Assembly (NCBI RefSeq): GCF_006345805.1
Contig: NC_043008.1
Span: 64,418,001 to 64,482,000, forward strand
Source of the DNA: Octopus sinensis
Taxonomy: Eukaryota
Direction of reading: 5' to 3'
DNA: 64,000 nucleotides
In this document: positions 1 through 13,289 of the stretch, one piece after another
How positions within the stretch are numbered: the stretch's first letter is position 1
Layout of the letters: each line of letters starts with the position of its first letter
The notes under the pieces: generated by a model
The model's database searches: none
Seen by the model: only the letters and a program-made list of their open reading frames with translations
What the model was told of the DNA's origin: nothing
Program-made: the position numbers and the translations under genes

Positions 1-60
1 ATTTATCCGACACACTAAAGATTCTGTCACGTCTCCGCCTTCATCTTCTTTAATATTTAA

Positions 61-455
61 GGCGGCGAGCTGGCAGAGACATTAGCACACCAGGCGAAAT
101 GCTTAGTGGTATTTCGTCTGCCGCTACATTCTGAGTTCAAATTCCGCCGAGGTCAACTTTGCCTTTCATCCTTTCGGGTTCGATTAAATAAGTACCAGTT
201 ACGCACTGGGGTCGATATAATCGACTTAATCCGTTTGCCTGTCCTTATTTGTCCCCTCTGTATGTAGCTCCTTGTGGGCAGTAAAGAAAGAGGTATTTCG
301 TCTGTCTTTGCGTTCTGAGTTCAACTTCCGCCGAGCCCGACTTTGCTTTCATCCTTTCGTGGTCGATAAATTAAGTACTAGTTGCATACTGGAGTCGATC
401 AAATCGACTTCTCCTTCCCTAAAAATGTCGGGCCTTGTGCCTAGATTAGAACAGA
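61..455 (+). mobile_element. tRNA-derived SINE family A, full unit plus tandem 5'-truncated second unit
   Basis: Starts GGCGGCGAGCTGGCAGA (A-box-like), has GAGTTCAAATTCC (B-box-like) and the central GAGGTCAACTTTGCCTTTCATCCTTTCGG...AAGTACCAG, which resembles the Meta-SINE core. Near-identical copies lie at 18954, 40702 and 51714. Confidence 0.85.
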
Positions 456-459
456 AAAT

Positions 460-870
460 TAGTTTCAAATTTTGGCACAAGGCCAGCAAGTTCGGGGTAA
501 GGTTAAGTCGATTACATTGACCCCTGGGCTTAACTGGTACTTAATTTATTGACTCCTCTCACCAGAAAAGAAAAAAAAAGAAAAAAGGATAAAAGGTAAA
601 GTCAATCTCGGTGGCAATTGAAAATTTTAAACTGATATTAACTAAGATGATAGCGTCGAGCTGGCAGAACCCAGAGCACGCCGGGCAAAATGCTCCGCAG
701 TATTTTGCCTGTCCTTTGGTTCTGAGTTCAAATACTGCCGGGCGGGATCGACTTTGAATTTCATCCTTTCCGGGTCGATAAAATTATTACTAGTGAGCTC
801 TGGGGTCGTTGTAATCGATTTAGCCCTAGCCCCCTGCTGAAATTGCCGGTCTCGTGCCAAAATTTGAAAA
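460..870. mobile_element. two diverged SINE A copies (minus-strand fragment ~460-620, plus-strand copy ~653-870)
   Basis: Share the motifs TTTCAAATTTTGGCACAAGGCCAGC, GAGCTGGCAGAA and TTTCATCCTTTCCGGGTCGATAAA with family A. Confidence 0.7.
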
Positions 871-1627
871 TAATATTAATGAAGTGATAGAAATAAAAAC
901 TTCTACCTGAGTTTTTTCTTCGTTTCCAAAAATCTCAGTTAATTCACCCTTAAATCATTCAATACAATCTTTAAAAAGTAAATATTGTATCAGATGGTCT
1001 TAGGTACATTACATCTGAATAAATAACAATGTCAGAGTCGTGACTTTAGAATTTGATCATAGTTTTACTCGATATGAGCTGGACCGTTGCGAAACAGTAT
1101 CAACAGAACTAATACTATTAGATATAAGAACATTCTCGATGAAAATAAAATCATTATATGATCCCTTGACGTTAACGGTAGCTAACAATTTTTTTCAAAT
1201 CCCATCCTACCATCAAAAATAAAGAAGGAATATATCAGATATATTCTTAGATGTACTATATCTGAAAAAAAATAAGGGAATAAAAAACAGACTGTATGAT
1301 GTCGACTTGTGTGTCTTCGATCATAAGTCTAAAGAACTGTGGTGACCTGGGGCTAGAAACCAAAAAAGACCAACATCATGGTACCATTTACTTAGGATGA
1401 TGAAGAGAACTCATGAACTCCCCCAAGCAACATTTTACTGATAATTCTGTTCTCTTTTTCACATAGATATCGTATATAGATTTATGTTTATATTTTAGTG
1501 TGTCGAATTAAACATTTGCCCTTAAGTATGTACTTTCTAACAATGTACATTTCTATTTTGCATCCAACAAGTTTATTATGGCAAATTTTTACCTGGAAGC
1601 ATTATCAGGAAATATATTTGTTCATTT

Positions 1628-1674
1628 TATATATATATATATTATATATATATATATATATATACATACATACG

Positions 1675-1714
<40 letters not shown>

Positions 1715-1883
1715 AATATATATATATATACATGCTTGTAGGGGAATATTTTCGATTTTTGATTCAGTACATCGTTATTAAATCTAAATTCCTGTTCTAT
1801 ATTCGGAATATTATAGAACACGCTGCTAAAATATAGATTATCTCAGAAATACGTGCGTATATACATACATACATACATACATA

Positions 1884-1927
<44 letters not shown>

Positions 1928-1952
1928 TTACATACACACACACATACATACA

Positions 1953-2003
<51 letters not shown>

Positions 2004-2020
2004 TATATTATATATATATA
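1628..2020. repeat. compound (TA)n/(TACA)n/(CA)n microsatellites
   Basis: Directly visible dinucleotide and tetranucleotide runs. Confidence 0.95.
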
Positions 2021-2105
2021 CACCCGAATAATATATGTCGATGTGGAAGAGCATATGTATGCAAATATATAGACATCTCTATTACTGTCGAGTAATATAT
2101 ACATA

Positions 2106-2337
2106 TTGGGTTGGTGCATGATTATTTCGGCATTTTTTTCAACCAATTTTATTCAACAAAAACATCTCTATATGATTATTCCGGAGCATATTCACAGTCT
2201 ACTTCAATTACTGCTTCTCATTTGCTTGGCAGACGATCAGACCGTCATTTAAAGATGTTTTTGTTAAATATTGTTATTATTTTTGCTGAATAAAATTTGT
2301 TGAAAAAAAAAGCCGCAATAATTATGCACCAACCCAA
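2106..2337. mobile_element. mariner-type MITE with long TIRs and TA TSD
   Basis: Left end TA|TTGGGTTGGTGCATGATTATTTCGGC and right end GCCGCAATAATTATGCACCAACCCAA|TA. About 55 bp of imperfect inverted repeat; the termini resemble Hsmar1/MADE1 TIRs. Confidence 0.85.
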
Positions 2338-2889
2338 TAAATATATCATAAATAGGTAAATCGAAAATTAAAAATAACAAAACAACAAAAGTCAAAAGGA
2401 CGTAGGCATAGAATGTGTCAAGTCGACACTCAGTATAAGATGGCAAAAAATTCCAAGAAAAACACGTGGATGGTTACATGGCTGAAGTGACCAGAAATGT
2501 CTATATAAATATATATTTCCCTGTAAGTTTGGATTTATATTCCCTAAAAAAATAATTATAAATGAGGTTATAAGTGAGGTTAGAGTGGCAGAAAAGGTAG
2601 AGTACTGTATTTTGTGTCGTTCCTTTTAACATGAAATCCTATTGAGGTTGATTTTACAATTCATCCCACTAGGATTGATAAAATAAATACCGACCATGCA
2701 ATCATCTATTGATCGAATTTATAGTACATACATTTTTCCATAATCTCGAGTTAATTCAAGAGCACATTATTATTATTAATGGCGGTGCCCCAGCATGGCC
2801 ACAGCTTGTGAGCTGAAACTAGATAAATAAATAAATGAATAAATAAATATATACATATATATTGTACATTGACGTAGAAGGTTGCATAT

Positions 2890-3235
2890 ATATCTCGGCA
2901 ATCCATCGATTTCCGATGAAAATATAGTCTGTGATCTCAGCAGTCAGTGGTGGGAACGCATGTGGCTCTGCAGCTAAAAACTGGAAGCAAACATGCGCCC
3001 GCAAGTGGGACACTCGTAGTTTGTGGTTGGGACTGAGGAAAATGCGGTCCGGTGACGTCCGTCTATTGTGACTACAAGGCGTTGCCGTCTGTTCTCTTCA
3101 AAAGCAGCTATAGCAGTGTAGGTGATCGACCTCCAAGTAGCCTTGTTTGTGACTGCGCTCTCGAGTTTGCGAGGTTGGATGTTACATCTTTTAGGTTGCC
3201 CTTTAGGGTATCCTTACACCTCAACTTTGCAGTTT
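2890..3235 (-). mobile_element. RTE-clade (BovB-like) LINE 3' end, decayed
   Basis: Minus-strand translation KLRCKDTLKGNLK/CNIQPRKLESAVTNKATWRS...FEENRRQRL...YECPTCGRMFASSF*LQSHMRSHH*. This matches an RTE C-terminus with a C2H2 finger, with one frameshift and one stop. Confidence 0.8.
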
Positions 3236-3244
3236 TTTTGGGTG

Positions 3245-3512
3245 GGGTGGGGGTGCAGTCTGAGGTGTTAGGGGTGATGTGGTCGCAGAAATTGTTTGAC
3301 AGCCACGAATAGGTTCTCTTGCTTGTTTGGCATGGTGCAGGAGTCTTGTTGCCAGACATAGGGTCTTCCAGTAGCCACCTTCTTGACCCAAAGCAGTACT
3401 ACCTCCTCCAGTTACTTGATGTAGGCCTCCGTATTGAATCTGAAAGCATGTGGAAGGCTGAATAGATACATAATGTTGCCATCACAAGTGATTACTCCAA
3501 ACTCAATGATGT
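3245..3512 (-). mobile_element. Tc1/mariner superfamily (maT/DD37D-like) transposase fragment
   Basis: Minus-strand translation FGVITCDGNIM...FRFNTEAYIK*LEEVVLLWVKKVATGRPYVWQQDS/APCQTSKRTYSWLSNNFCDHITPN, which includes the second catalytic-Asp motif (QQDSAPxH-like). Confidence 0.75.
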
Positions 3513-4919
3513 CGAGCCTCCCCCACCACCATCATCTTCATCACCAGGCGTTGCGCGTGCGTGTGGTTGTATGAGTGAGTGATTACCATTCATGTAACCT
3601 CTTGGAGACACAATTTTCTGTGTTCATATTTTGACGTCATAATTCATTATTCTCTCTCTCCCTCCCTCTCTCCCTCTCTCTCCCTTTGTCAAAAACATAC
3701 GCACACGTACCCATATTCTCAAACACACAAACACATACATGTTGTGTAACCAACATTTTATTAACATTCATATACTTGTTTTTTTTTTGTTGTTGTCTAA
3801 ACCAAAGTCTTACCTGGTCTTGAAAACATGATGAAAGCTGTTCAAGTGATAATCATCCCGTCAGATTTGTATGATGACATTCTTTGCGTCATTTCACTCA
3901 AGAGAGTGTATTTAAGGAACATTTAGCTGCTATATTTAGCAGATGCAACGATTGCATAAGACTAAACCTGCAGTTATCATATGATAGACTCCCTACTAAG
4001 ATTTCCATGAACATTAAAAAAAAAAATGTATTCAAATCGATGTTTCTGAGCTTCTAGTGTTTTTCATTCAACGTTTTGATTATGTCACACAAATGTAATC
4101 TGTTGATATGCTTGGTGTCCCAAAGTTGATAGCTGTATATTTTTAAGGGAAATAATAGCTAGTTAATGCTTCATGCTAGATTCGATAATTTACTTTCATT
4201 GCAATATAATTCGCCTGTCATGCATTAGTTGCCGGCGTAATTAAATAAGTAATCTTTTTATGCACAACAGGTATTAGAAAATCTAAGATAAATTTAGTTA
4301 CACTAAAGTTTGTAATGTCTGTGCTGTTGAAAGTAAACATATGAGGATACAGCTTGTATTCTCTTTGTACTAAAAAAATATTTTTGGTGTGTGCAAAGGG
4401 AATAATTAAATGTCTCCAAATTTGTTTACTTTACACAGTGTAGGCTTTACAAACTAACTATATTAAATTTATTTTAGATTTATCTCAGCTTAGTTTAACT
4501 ACAATGTATTTCTCATAGATTTTCTAATACACTCTCTGCGTAGAAATGGCTGTTAACTATGTAATCACATTGCCGACTCAAGTACGATGCGCAAATTTCT
4601 CTAGCCATTTCAGTTAAGAGCCCGCTTGTGACTGATTTAGAGAGCGATTGCAATGAATTAATCTTCATAAGCAGAAGGGTAAGGGATGGTTATGTCCCGA
4701 AGAATTTAGTATGATAGCTCCCTGAAGTGTTGTCTACACCCATGAAACATACCTGGATAATCTATTTATGTTCCTGTATGCAAAAAGAATATAACTAGAT
4801 GTATTCAAATTTGTTTACTTTCTAAAGCATAGGCACTGCACACTGTTATTCAGATACATGAAGTTTGTCTCAGATCTTCGAACAAATGCTGCTTGTGCAT
4901 AAATGTTTATATTATTATT

Positions 4920-5860
<941 letters not shown>

Positions 5861-5929
5861 TTCTCGAAAGTGCTGCCTATGTACCAAAATTTGAAATCAT
5901 AATTATCATTAGTACTGTTGCTACTGTCT

Positions 5930-6444
5930 TCTTCTTCTTCTTCTTCTTCTTCTTCTTCTTCTTCTTCTTCTAATCAGGACTCACGCCATTAGCCACAAAG
6001 AATAATCTCTAATTCGAGCCTACTCTAAGCTACTAAGAATGTGTGTGGCAACTTGAAGATCCACCCTCCACACGCGATAAACTGGCGGTTGCATGGGCGC
6101 GAAAGCTACGTTGTTATCCTCATTCCGTAAACAGTGGCTTTTAACGAGTGGAGAGTTGAACCATCCTGGGGTACAGAGGATTCGCAATCTATATTAGGGT
6201 CTGAAAGTTTACCACACCATAGTGGGTTACACCATGGTTCCTCTGCTTTGTGGCAGAAGTAGGAAGAAAGAGTGAGAGAAAGTTGTGGTGAAAGAGTACA
6301 GTGGGTTCACCCTTCCTCCTGCCACCGGAGCTCGTGGAGCTTAGGTGTTTTTGTTCAATAAACACTCACAATGCCCGGTCTGGGAATTGAAACCGCGCTC
6401 TTACGACAGCGAGTCCGCTGCCCTAACCACTGAGCCATTGCGCC
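5930..6444 (-). mobile_element. tRNA-derived SINE family C with (GAA)n tail
   Basis: Minus-strand head GGCGCAATGGCTCAGTGGTTAGGGCAGCGGACTCG...GGTTTCAATTCCCAGACC has A and B boxes. A highly similar copy lies at 23125-23669. Confidence 0.85.
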
Positions 6445-6749
6445 TCTACTGTTGTTGTTGTTATATATGCACCAAAATGATAGAATCATTAGCGCACCGG
6501 ACAAAATAATTACCGAAACTTCTTCCGACTCTTTACGCTCTGAGTTGATGTTCCACCGAAGTCGATATCATCTTTGAAATTTTCGGGGTCGATAAATAAA
6601 GTGCCAATGAATATTGGGTTCTATGTAATCGACTAATACCCTTCCTCGAAAAATGTTAGCCTTGTGCCAAATTTTTGTATTTGATATTGTATTACGTACA
6701 GGAATCCGTCACTAGAACGTACTCTTGTTCGTGGGAATGTGATATTCTT

Positions 6750-7385
6750 AACGTGGTGAGTTGGCGGAATTGTTAGCAAGCCGGGTAAAACGCTTAGCAG
6801 CATTTCGTATATCAACGTTTTGAGTTCAGATTTCGGATGTTTTCGGTTTCAACAGCAGTTTTTTTCTAGCGGTGTTATATGAAATTGTCACCCATAATTA
6901 TGACCCTAGTATCGATCTATTGCATTTCAATCTGTTTTAGGATTAGGGTTAGTTAGGGTTAGGGGTGGGGGGAAAGGGTATCTTTTTTTCCTCACAAATG
7001 TAAATAAATCCAATCTGTTTCTTAAACGAGGGACATATTCATGCGGCACAGAATGTTTTTTTTACCTCAATAGACGTATTTGATTGGTTGAAATTGCAGA
7101 AATTGAAGAAAAAACGACAACAAATATTTTACAAACTATAGAAGTTTCTCAATAAAGCCAAGAGAAAAGTATATTTTATAAACACATTCTACCAGTATAC
7201 GAAGTTTAAAATTTTTTAGTTACCTAGAAATTATGTTAAAAACTGCCGTTCAAACCGAAAAGATCCCAAATTTCACTGAGATCACATTGTTGTCTTTCAC
7301 TTTGCCTTTTATTCTTTCGAGTTCGGTTGAATAATTACACCCTTCCCTCCAACTTACTGGCCTTGTACCAAAATTTGAAACGAAT
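6750..7385 (+). mobile_element. SINE A copy interrupted by a TIR element
   Basis: SINE head GGTGAGTTGGCGGAATTGTTAGC...GAGTTCAGATTT breaks at 6833 and resumes at 7268 with AAATTTCACTGAGATC...CTTTGCCTTTTATTCTTTCG. Confidence 0.7.
6834..7267. mobile_element. non-autonomous DNA transposon (MITE) with ~30-bp TIRs and internal TTAGGG motifs
   Basis: Left end CGGATGTTTTCGGTTTCAACAGCAGTTTTT; right end AAAAACTGCCGTTCAAACCGAAAAGATCCC. Flanks AGATTT/AAATTT may be a 6-bp TSD. Confidence 0.8.
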
Positions 7386-7479
7386 GTTGCATATGTGAGC
7401 GTGTGTGGATGGGTTCTCTGTGTACGTATATCTCTAGGTGGTATTATAATTCCATTCTATTATAATTCCAATCCCATGA

Positions 7480-8175
7480 AGGCAATCAGCTGGCAGAAAC
7501 ATTAGCACGCTTGACGAAATGCTCAGCGATATTTCACCCATCGCTACGTTCTGAGTTCACATTCCGTCGAGGTCGACTTGGCCTTTCATCCTTTTGGTGT
7601 CGGTAAATTAAGTACGATGTAATCGACATATCCCCATCCCCAAGATTTCAGGTTTTGTGCTTATAGTAGAAAAAATAATTCCATTCCTATGAAGAAGAGT
7701 GTATTCTAGAGATAGGTTTCAGTACTTTATTTTATTGACCTCAGAAGAGGAGGTAAAGCTCTCCTCGGTAAGATATGAACTCAGAACATTATAAGCTATA
7801 ATTTAATACTGCAGGTATTTTTTCCGACGCTCTAATGATTTTGGGAATAAAGGATATAAAGATCAGCATGAAAACTGCTAACCAGTGTTTTCGAAGATAA
7901 ATCCCTTGTGATATTTGTTCCATTTGAGTTGCACAGGCTTTCACTTGTATACGAGGTACGTCGCCAAAACTAATTTCTCATGGGCAAATTTATTTTGGGT
8001 AGAAAACGACGTCACTCTTCCTGCACTTGTGTGAATAGTTACATAGCTACTTTATTTTATCGGTTTTGAAAAGCTGAAAGGCAAAGTCGATCTCGGTAGG
8101 ATTTGAACTCAGAGCGTAAGAATGCCGAAAAATCATACTGCTAAGCATTTTGCCCCACCTGCGAACGATTCCCGT
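7480..8175. mobile_element. cluster of diverged SINE A copies (+ ~7480-7670, - ~7720-7840, - ~8060-8175)
   Basis: AGCTGGCAGAAAC...GAGGTCGACTTGGCCTTTCATCC on the plus strand, and the reverse-complement motifs GAAAGGCAAAGTCGA...TTTGAACTCAGA. Confidence 0.7.
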
Positions 8176-8669
8176 AGTAGTTCGTCTAATAATAAAAATT
8201 GTCCATAACTTTTTCCCTTGCTTTAATAAGTAATCTATCATCATATGTACTGCCCAATTATTGAAAGTTCCTGCAGTTATATACGCTTTCACTAAGATCC
8301 CTTACAAGCAAAATGTATTAGACTAGTTATAGAATTTTTCCTTTGCACCATAATAAATTTCACATTTACCTTTTCCGAAAGAAAGTCCAAGTGCAATAAT
8401 TCTATTTCTGATTTTTCTCTCTTCTATCACCTAATATGACAGAAGAAAATTCCAAAATTTGACATTTATATCAATCTTTCCTAATTCCAGTGGAAGTCTT
8501 TAGGAAAAGGGGGAAAAAAAAGAATAAAGATTTACGAAAACAGTCCTAAGACCTGCCGTCGTTGTAAATATGTACAATAATAAGTATTATGCGCTCAATG
8601 CCATCATTGAAGGATGTCATGCCATGTCAGAAAACGGAAAACATATTTTCGCCATTCTTATTTGTGCAT

Positions 8670-8698
8670 TATATATACATATATATATATACACATAC

Positions 8699-8789
<91 letters not shown>

Positions 8790-8805
8790 TGTGTGTGTGT
8801 GTGTA
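8670..8805. repeat. (TA)n/(TG)n microsatellite
   Basis: Directly visible. Confidence 0.95.
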
Positions 8806-9224
8806 GACACATCTTTTTTCACTCTCTTTTCTCTATTCCTTCCTCATTTTTGTCTCTCTATCTCTCTCTATTCCTACCCCACTTTTTCCCTTTCTGTCAA
8901 TCTCTCCCTCTATCCTTCTCTTTCTCTTTTATTTATTTATTTATTTTTTTTTTTGCAGAAAGATTTCTAAAGAACCGGTGTTGTCAAAATAACACGGACG
9001 AAGGAAGATTGAGAATTGAAAGAAATCAATCTAAAAGAGAAATACGAGTTACAAATTTCTTTTTAGTACATTCTTAATACATTGATGGTTTTTCTCTTAA
9101 TAGGTAGAAAATTAATCTTTTTTTTTTCGAACTGAAAGTATAGAGTTCGTTGATAATTGTGAAGTCTATCGCTGGTATATATCTTATCAACTTTCAATGG
9201 ACCAGTGAGTAGACAGTCTATAGT

Positions 9225-9462
9225 AGTGAATCCATGTGACCCTCGGAAGTCCGTATAAGATTTTGTTGTTAAAATTTATGTTTAATAAATTGGTTACACT
9301 TCTACAATATTCAAAATATTATAAATTTTATTAAACATAATTCCTAATATTATTTAATTATGAAAGTAGAATATACTTTTTAAACATCGCATGGTTATGC
9401 GGGTCCGTCAGAATAAAATATGAACCACAGTGGGCCATAGAATAAATGGTTGAGAACCACTG
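9225..9462. mobile_element. hAT (Charlie-like) MITE remnant
   Basis: Ends in GGTTGAGAACCACTG, the reverse complement of CAGTGGTTCTCAACC, a typical Charlie-type TIR. The other TIR is not recognisable. Confidence 0.5.
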
Positions 9463-10092
9463 GTTTATTGCAATCACTGAAATTTTGTAAAGTTACCAAC
9501 AAAATTTAACTGATATCACATCCTGCATTCTGATAAAGAGTAAAACACAATGGCTGCTTTTATACAAGATGTGCTATTATCGAAAATATCTCACAGGCTG
9601 ATCATGACAAATATTTGTTTGTATGGTTGTTTGCTTAATCACGGCTGAATAAGGGCTAAACAAGAACAGCTTAAAAAAAGACAAAAGTTAAAATAAAATT
9701 TTACCAAGTCTCGAATCATTGGAGCAACGACATGGAATATAGCGTATCTTGGGTGTTTTTAGACCGGATGGAGTTCGTTCTTCTCCAAATCTGACCACTA
9801 CTGTTTTTTACTTGTTTCAGAAAGAGAACCGGAAAGAAAGAATGAGATGGAGATGAATTTACCCAAGTATATGATTGGTCCTTTTTAGATCTCGAAAGGA
9901 TGAAAATAAAAGTTGAGTTTTAGTCGGAGTTTAACTCAGAATGCAGCAAAATTGGAATAATTACTGCAAAACAATCTGTCCAACTCTCTAACGCCTCTAC
10001 TTCTATATCACAATAAGTAAACTCAAGCAAGAAAGGGATTGGAAAATGTCATGCGTTGATTTAGTTACAATAAAATAATCGATTGGCAATAT

Positions 10093-10300
10093 CAATTCAC
10101 CGCTTGGAAAGTTCACCGTCATAAATTCAACTCAGGGAAATTTGACAGACATCTATCCACCGCATGGAAAGTTCACCCTCATCAATTCACTACAGGGAAA
10201 TTCACCGCCTTCAATTCAACGCAGGGAAAGTTTGCCGTCATCAATTCACTTTAGGAAAGTTCACCGTCATGAATTTACCGCAGAGAAAGCTCACCGTCAT
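10093..10300. repeat. tandem array of about seven ~30-bp units (two 15-bp subunits each)
   Basis: Consensus CAATTCACCGCAGGGAAAGTTCACCGTCAT repeated with divergence. Confidence 0.85.
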
Positions 10301-11330
10301 CAAGTGATGCCTTGAAACTGTCTAAAGTAAACCATATTTCTATCGTTCGTAGATCCGTAGCCCAAGCTCGAGAGAAACACTGATTCTGAGCTAATCAGTG
10401 CCATGCTGGATACTAGCTGGATAATCAGTCCATGCTGGATACTAGCTGACCATTGTAGCCACTGTGGGACTGCGAGATGAAACGTGCAATTTGGAATGTG
10501 ATAAATGATGCTGAAAATGCTAATGAACGAGGCAGCCCGCGATTTTACGGCACCCGATGGCACCTCATTTAGGACGAGTTGGTGAAATGTTCGCGTGTCC
10601 AGCTCACGTGCGCAGTTTCACTTATTCTGATTGCTGTAGGTGCAACGGGATTGTGATGAGCTTCTTTGAAGAGAGTACCACTAAAAAACAATGACGACAG
10701 ATATGCTGTGAGTGGTAAATTAATGGTGCTCCGAAAATCATTGCGAAGGAGGCGTTTTGACAGGCAGTGTCGTTTAACCGTATATTAGAAATATTTTTTC
10801 ATACTAAACAAGATAGAAATTTCGTATTTGGTGACGTGAGGCATCTCGTTGCAAAAAGGGGCACAACGAAAGATGTATAACAATATTGGTACTGCAATAC
10901 AGTTCTTCAAGAGGGAAAATACGCACTAATCATATACAGTCGGATCATCAGCTTTTCGCGTTGGTGGAGCTTGTAGTCAACGTTCAATTGAGCAGCAGGC
11001 GAAATGAGATGGGAATCGATTGGAAGAGCAAACGTTTGTTTCGATGTCACCTACCCTTGATGAAATCGGTATAGAAACCATTTCTGTCGTAAGTGACATT
11101 TATGCTTTCAGATATGGCCAGGAAAATCGGGTACTGATGATGCGAGGCCAAAGCAGATAGGGTTAGAGGGTCTGCTTATTGTCATCTCATTAAAAAATAC
11201 CAAAAGTCGAGAGCTTTACTGATGCAGCGCGTTGATTCGTCAACACCACGTCATTCCTCAGAGTGTTTAAGATAATTGAAGAGAGATCCCAAAGAGAAAG
11301 GTTCAAATCATAGCTATTAAGTCAATTGAT
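10093..11330 (+). mobile_element. possible Mutator/MULE remnant
   Basis: A subterminal-type 15/30-bp array is followed by more GC-rich decayed sequence with KRGTTKDV*QYWYC (FLYWCH-like) and YGQENRVLM (similar to MULE 'NRILIF'). Confidence 0.35.
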
Positions 11331-11694
11331 GATGGCCACAATTGCCTTCAGTAAATGATTACAGTCTTCTGCAGTGTAGTATGACACCAAGATTTTAAAG
11401 GGACTAGCTCTAGAGGCCTCCGTTACACTTCCAGGGAAGGACTGCATTAATGTTATGTATTTTGGTTAACGTTAGTAGTATAGTGAAAGTAACAATATGG
11501 TCGAGATGATAACGGGGTTGATGTGATAATGTGATTGAAGTGATAATGTAGTTGCAGTGACAAGGTGGTTGAAGTGATAATCAAGCTGATGTGACAATAT
11601 AGTTAATCATTCTGTGCTGGGATTTTAGAAAATGTCACAGCTTAAATGGTTTACATTTCAGAACATGCACTATCCTAGTTAAACATCAGCTTGA

Positions 11695-11873
11695 TCATCA
11701 TCGTCATTGTCATCGTCACCACCGCCACAACTTCCACCATCGTCATCATCGTCATTTCGTCGTCGTCGTCGTCGCTGTCGTCATCGTCGCTGTCGTCATC
11801 ACCATCCTCATTTTCAACTAACCGTTTTTTTCTTTTTCTCCTTCTTCATCATAGCTAACATCACCATCACCAT

Positions 11874-11916
<43 letters not shown>

Positions 11917-12010
11917 TTCATCATCATTATCATCATCATCATCATCATCACCATCATCATCACCATCATCATCATCATCATCATCATCATCACCATCATC
12001 ACTATCACCG

Positions 12011-12067
<57 letters not shown>

Positions 12068-12112
12068 CCGCCATCACCACCATCACCACCGCCATCACCA
12101 CCACCACCACCG
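11695..12112. repeat. compound (CAT)n/(CGT)n/(CAC)n microsatellite
   Basis: Directly visible. Confidence 0.95.
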
Positions 12113-12247
12113 CATTCATACTAACTACATAAACATGTAGTTCAGTTGATAGACCAACATAATGGTCATCGTCGAAAATGATGGTGGACCATTCTTTTTA
12201 CTTACTAAGTACTTGATCAGCTCAGACGCAGTGCTAGACAAAAAAAA

Positions 12248-12640
12248 ATAGCTTGCTTACTAACCACATGGTTCTGCGTTCAGTCCCACTGCGTGGCACC
12301 TTGGGCAAGTGTCTTCTAATATAGCCTCAGGCCGACCAAAGCCTTGTGAGTGTATTTGGTAGACGGAAACTGAAAGAAGCCCATCGTATATATGTATATG
12401 TATATATATGTGTGTATGTGTGTGTTTGTGTCTGTTTGTCCCCCCAACATCGCTTGACAATCGATGCTGGTGTGTTTACGTCCCTGTAACTTAGCGGTTC
12501 AGCAAAACAGACTGATAGAATAAGTACTAGGCTTACAAAGAATAAGTCCTGGGGTTGATTTGCTCGACTAAAGGTGGTGCCCCAGCATGGCCACAAACAA
12601 ATGACTGAAACAAGTAAAAGGGTAAGGAGTAAAAGAGAGT
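12248..12640 (+). mobile_element. SINE family B (tRNA head, CORE-like ACCTTGGGCAAGTG, internal TA/TG microsatellite), 5'-truncated
   Basis: Colinear with the reverse complements of 20090-20536, 24395-24766 and 43220-43643. Ends GACTGAAACAAGTAAAAG. Confidence 0.85.
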
Positions 12641-12957
12641 ACCAAATAATTTTCTTAGTTGCCCTAATCCCCAGTATTCTGCGAAGACAAAAAGGAAGAT
12701 TCAAAACCCATGGCGTACCGTCTCAGGAACCAATTTTCTTCATAATGCAGTCCACTGTTTACAATGCCGGATGAAAAGGAAGGTATAGCATTGGTTTGAA
12801 TATCTTTAACCATAAATCAGCTTAATCAGGAGTGACATGGGGTTAAAGGACATCATGATTATCATAGTTGTCATCATCATCATCGTCGTCGTCGTCATCA
12901 TTGTCGCCCTCATCGGGTCCAAAGTTTCTTTTATTTTTAATATTTGAGGCATATTAA

Positions 12958-13170
12958 GGCGGTGAGCTGGCAGAGTCATTAGCTCGCCGGGAAAAATGCT
13001 TGGCGGCATTTTGTCCGTCTTTATGTTCTGAGTTCAAATTCTGCCGAGGTCGACTACTTTACCTTTCATCCTTTCGGTGTCGATAAAATAAGTACCAGCT
13101 GAACACTAGAATCGATGTAATCGATTTAGTCCTCCACCCACGAAATTTCTGGCCTTGAGCCAAAATCTGA

Positions 13171-13214
<44 letters not shown>

Positions 13215-13223
13215 TTATTATTA

Positions 13224-13289
<66 letters not shown>

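Noticed and set aside
1498-2146. YI/HT/VC-rich ORFs here and at 8570, 13598, 15831, 32901, 39465, 44504, 46050, 47694 and 54608
   Set aside because: They are translations of (TA)n, (CA)n and (TATG)n microsatellites with no coding signature.
6942-6972. Telomere or chromosome-fusion site
   Set aside because: Only a few imperfect TTAGGG units, located inside a TIR-bounded element.
10093-10300. CRISPR-like ~30-bp repeat array
   Set aside because: Units are contiguous with no unique spacers, there are no cas genes, and the context is eukaryotic.
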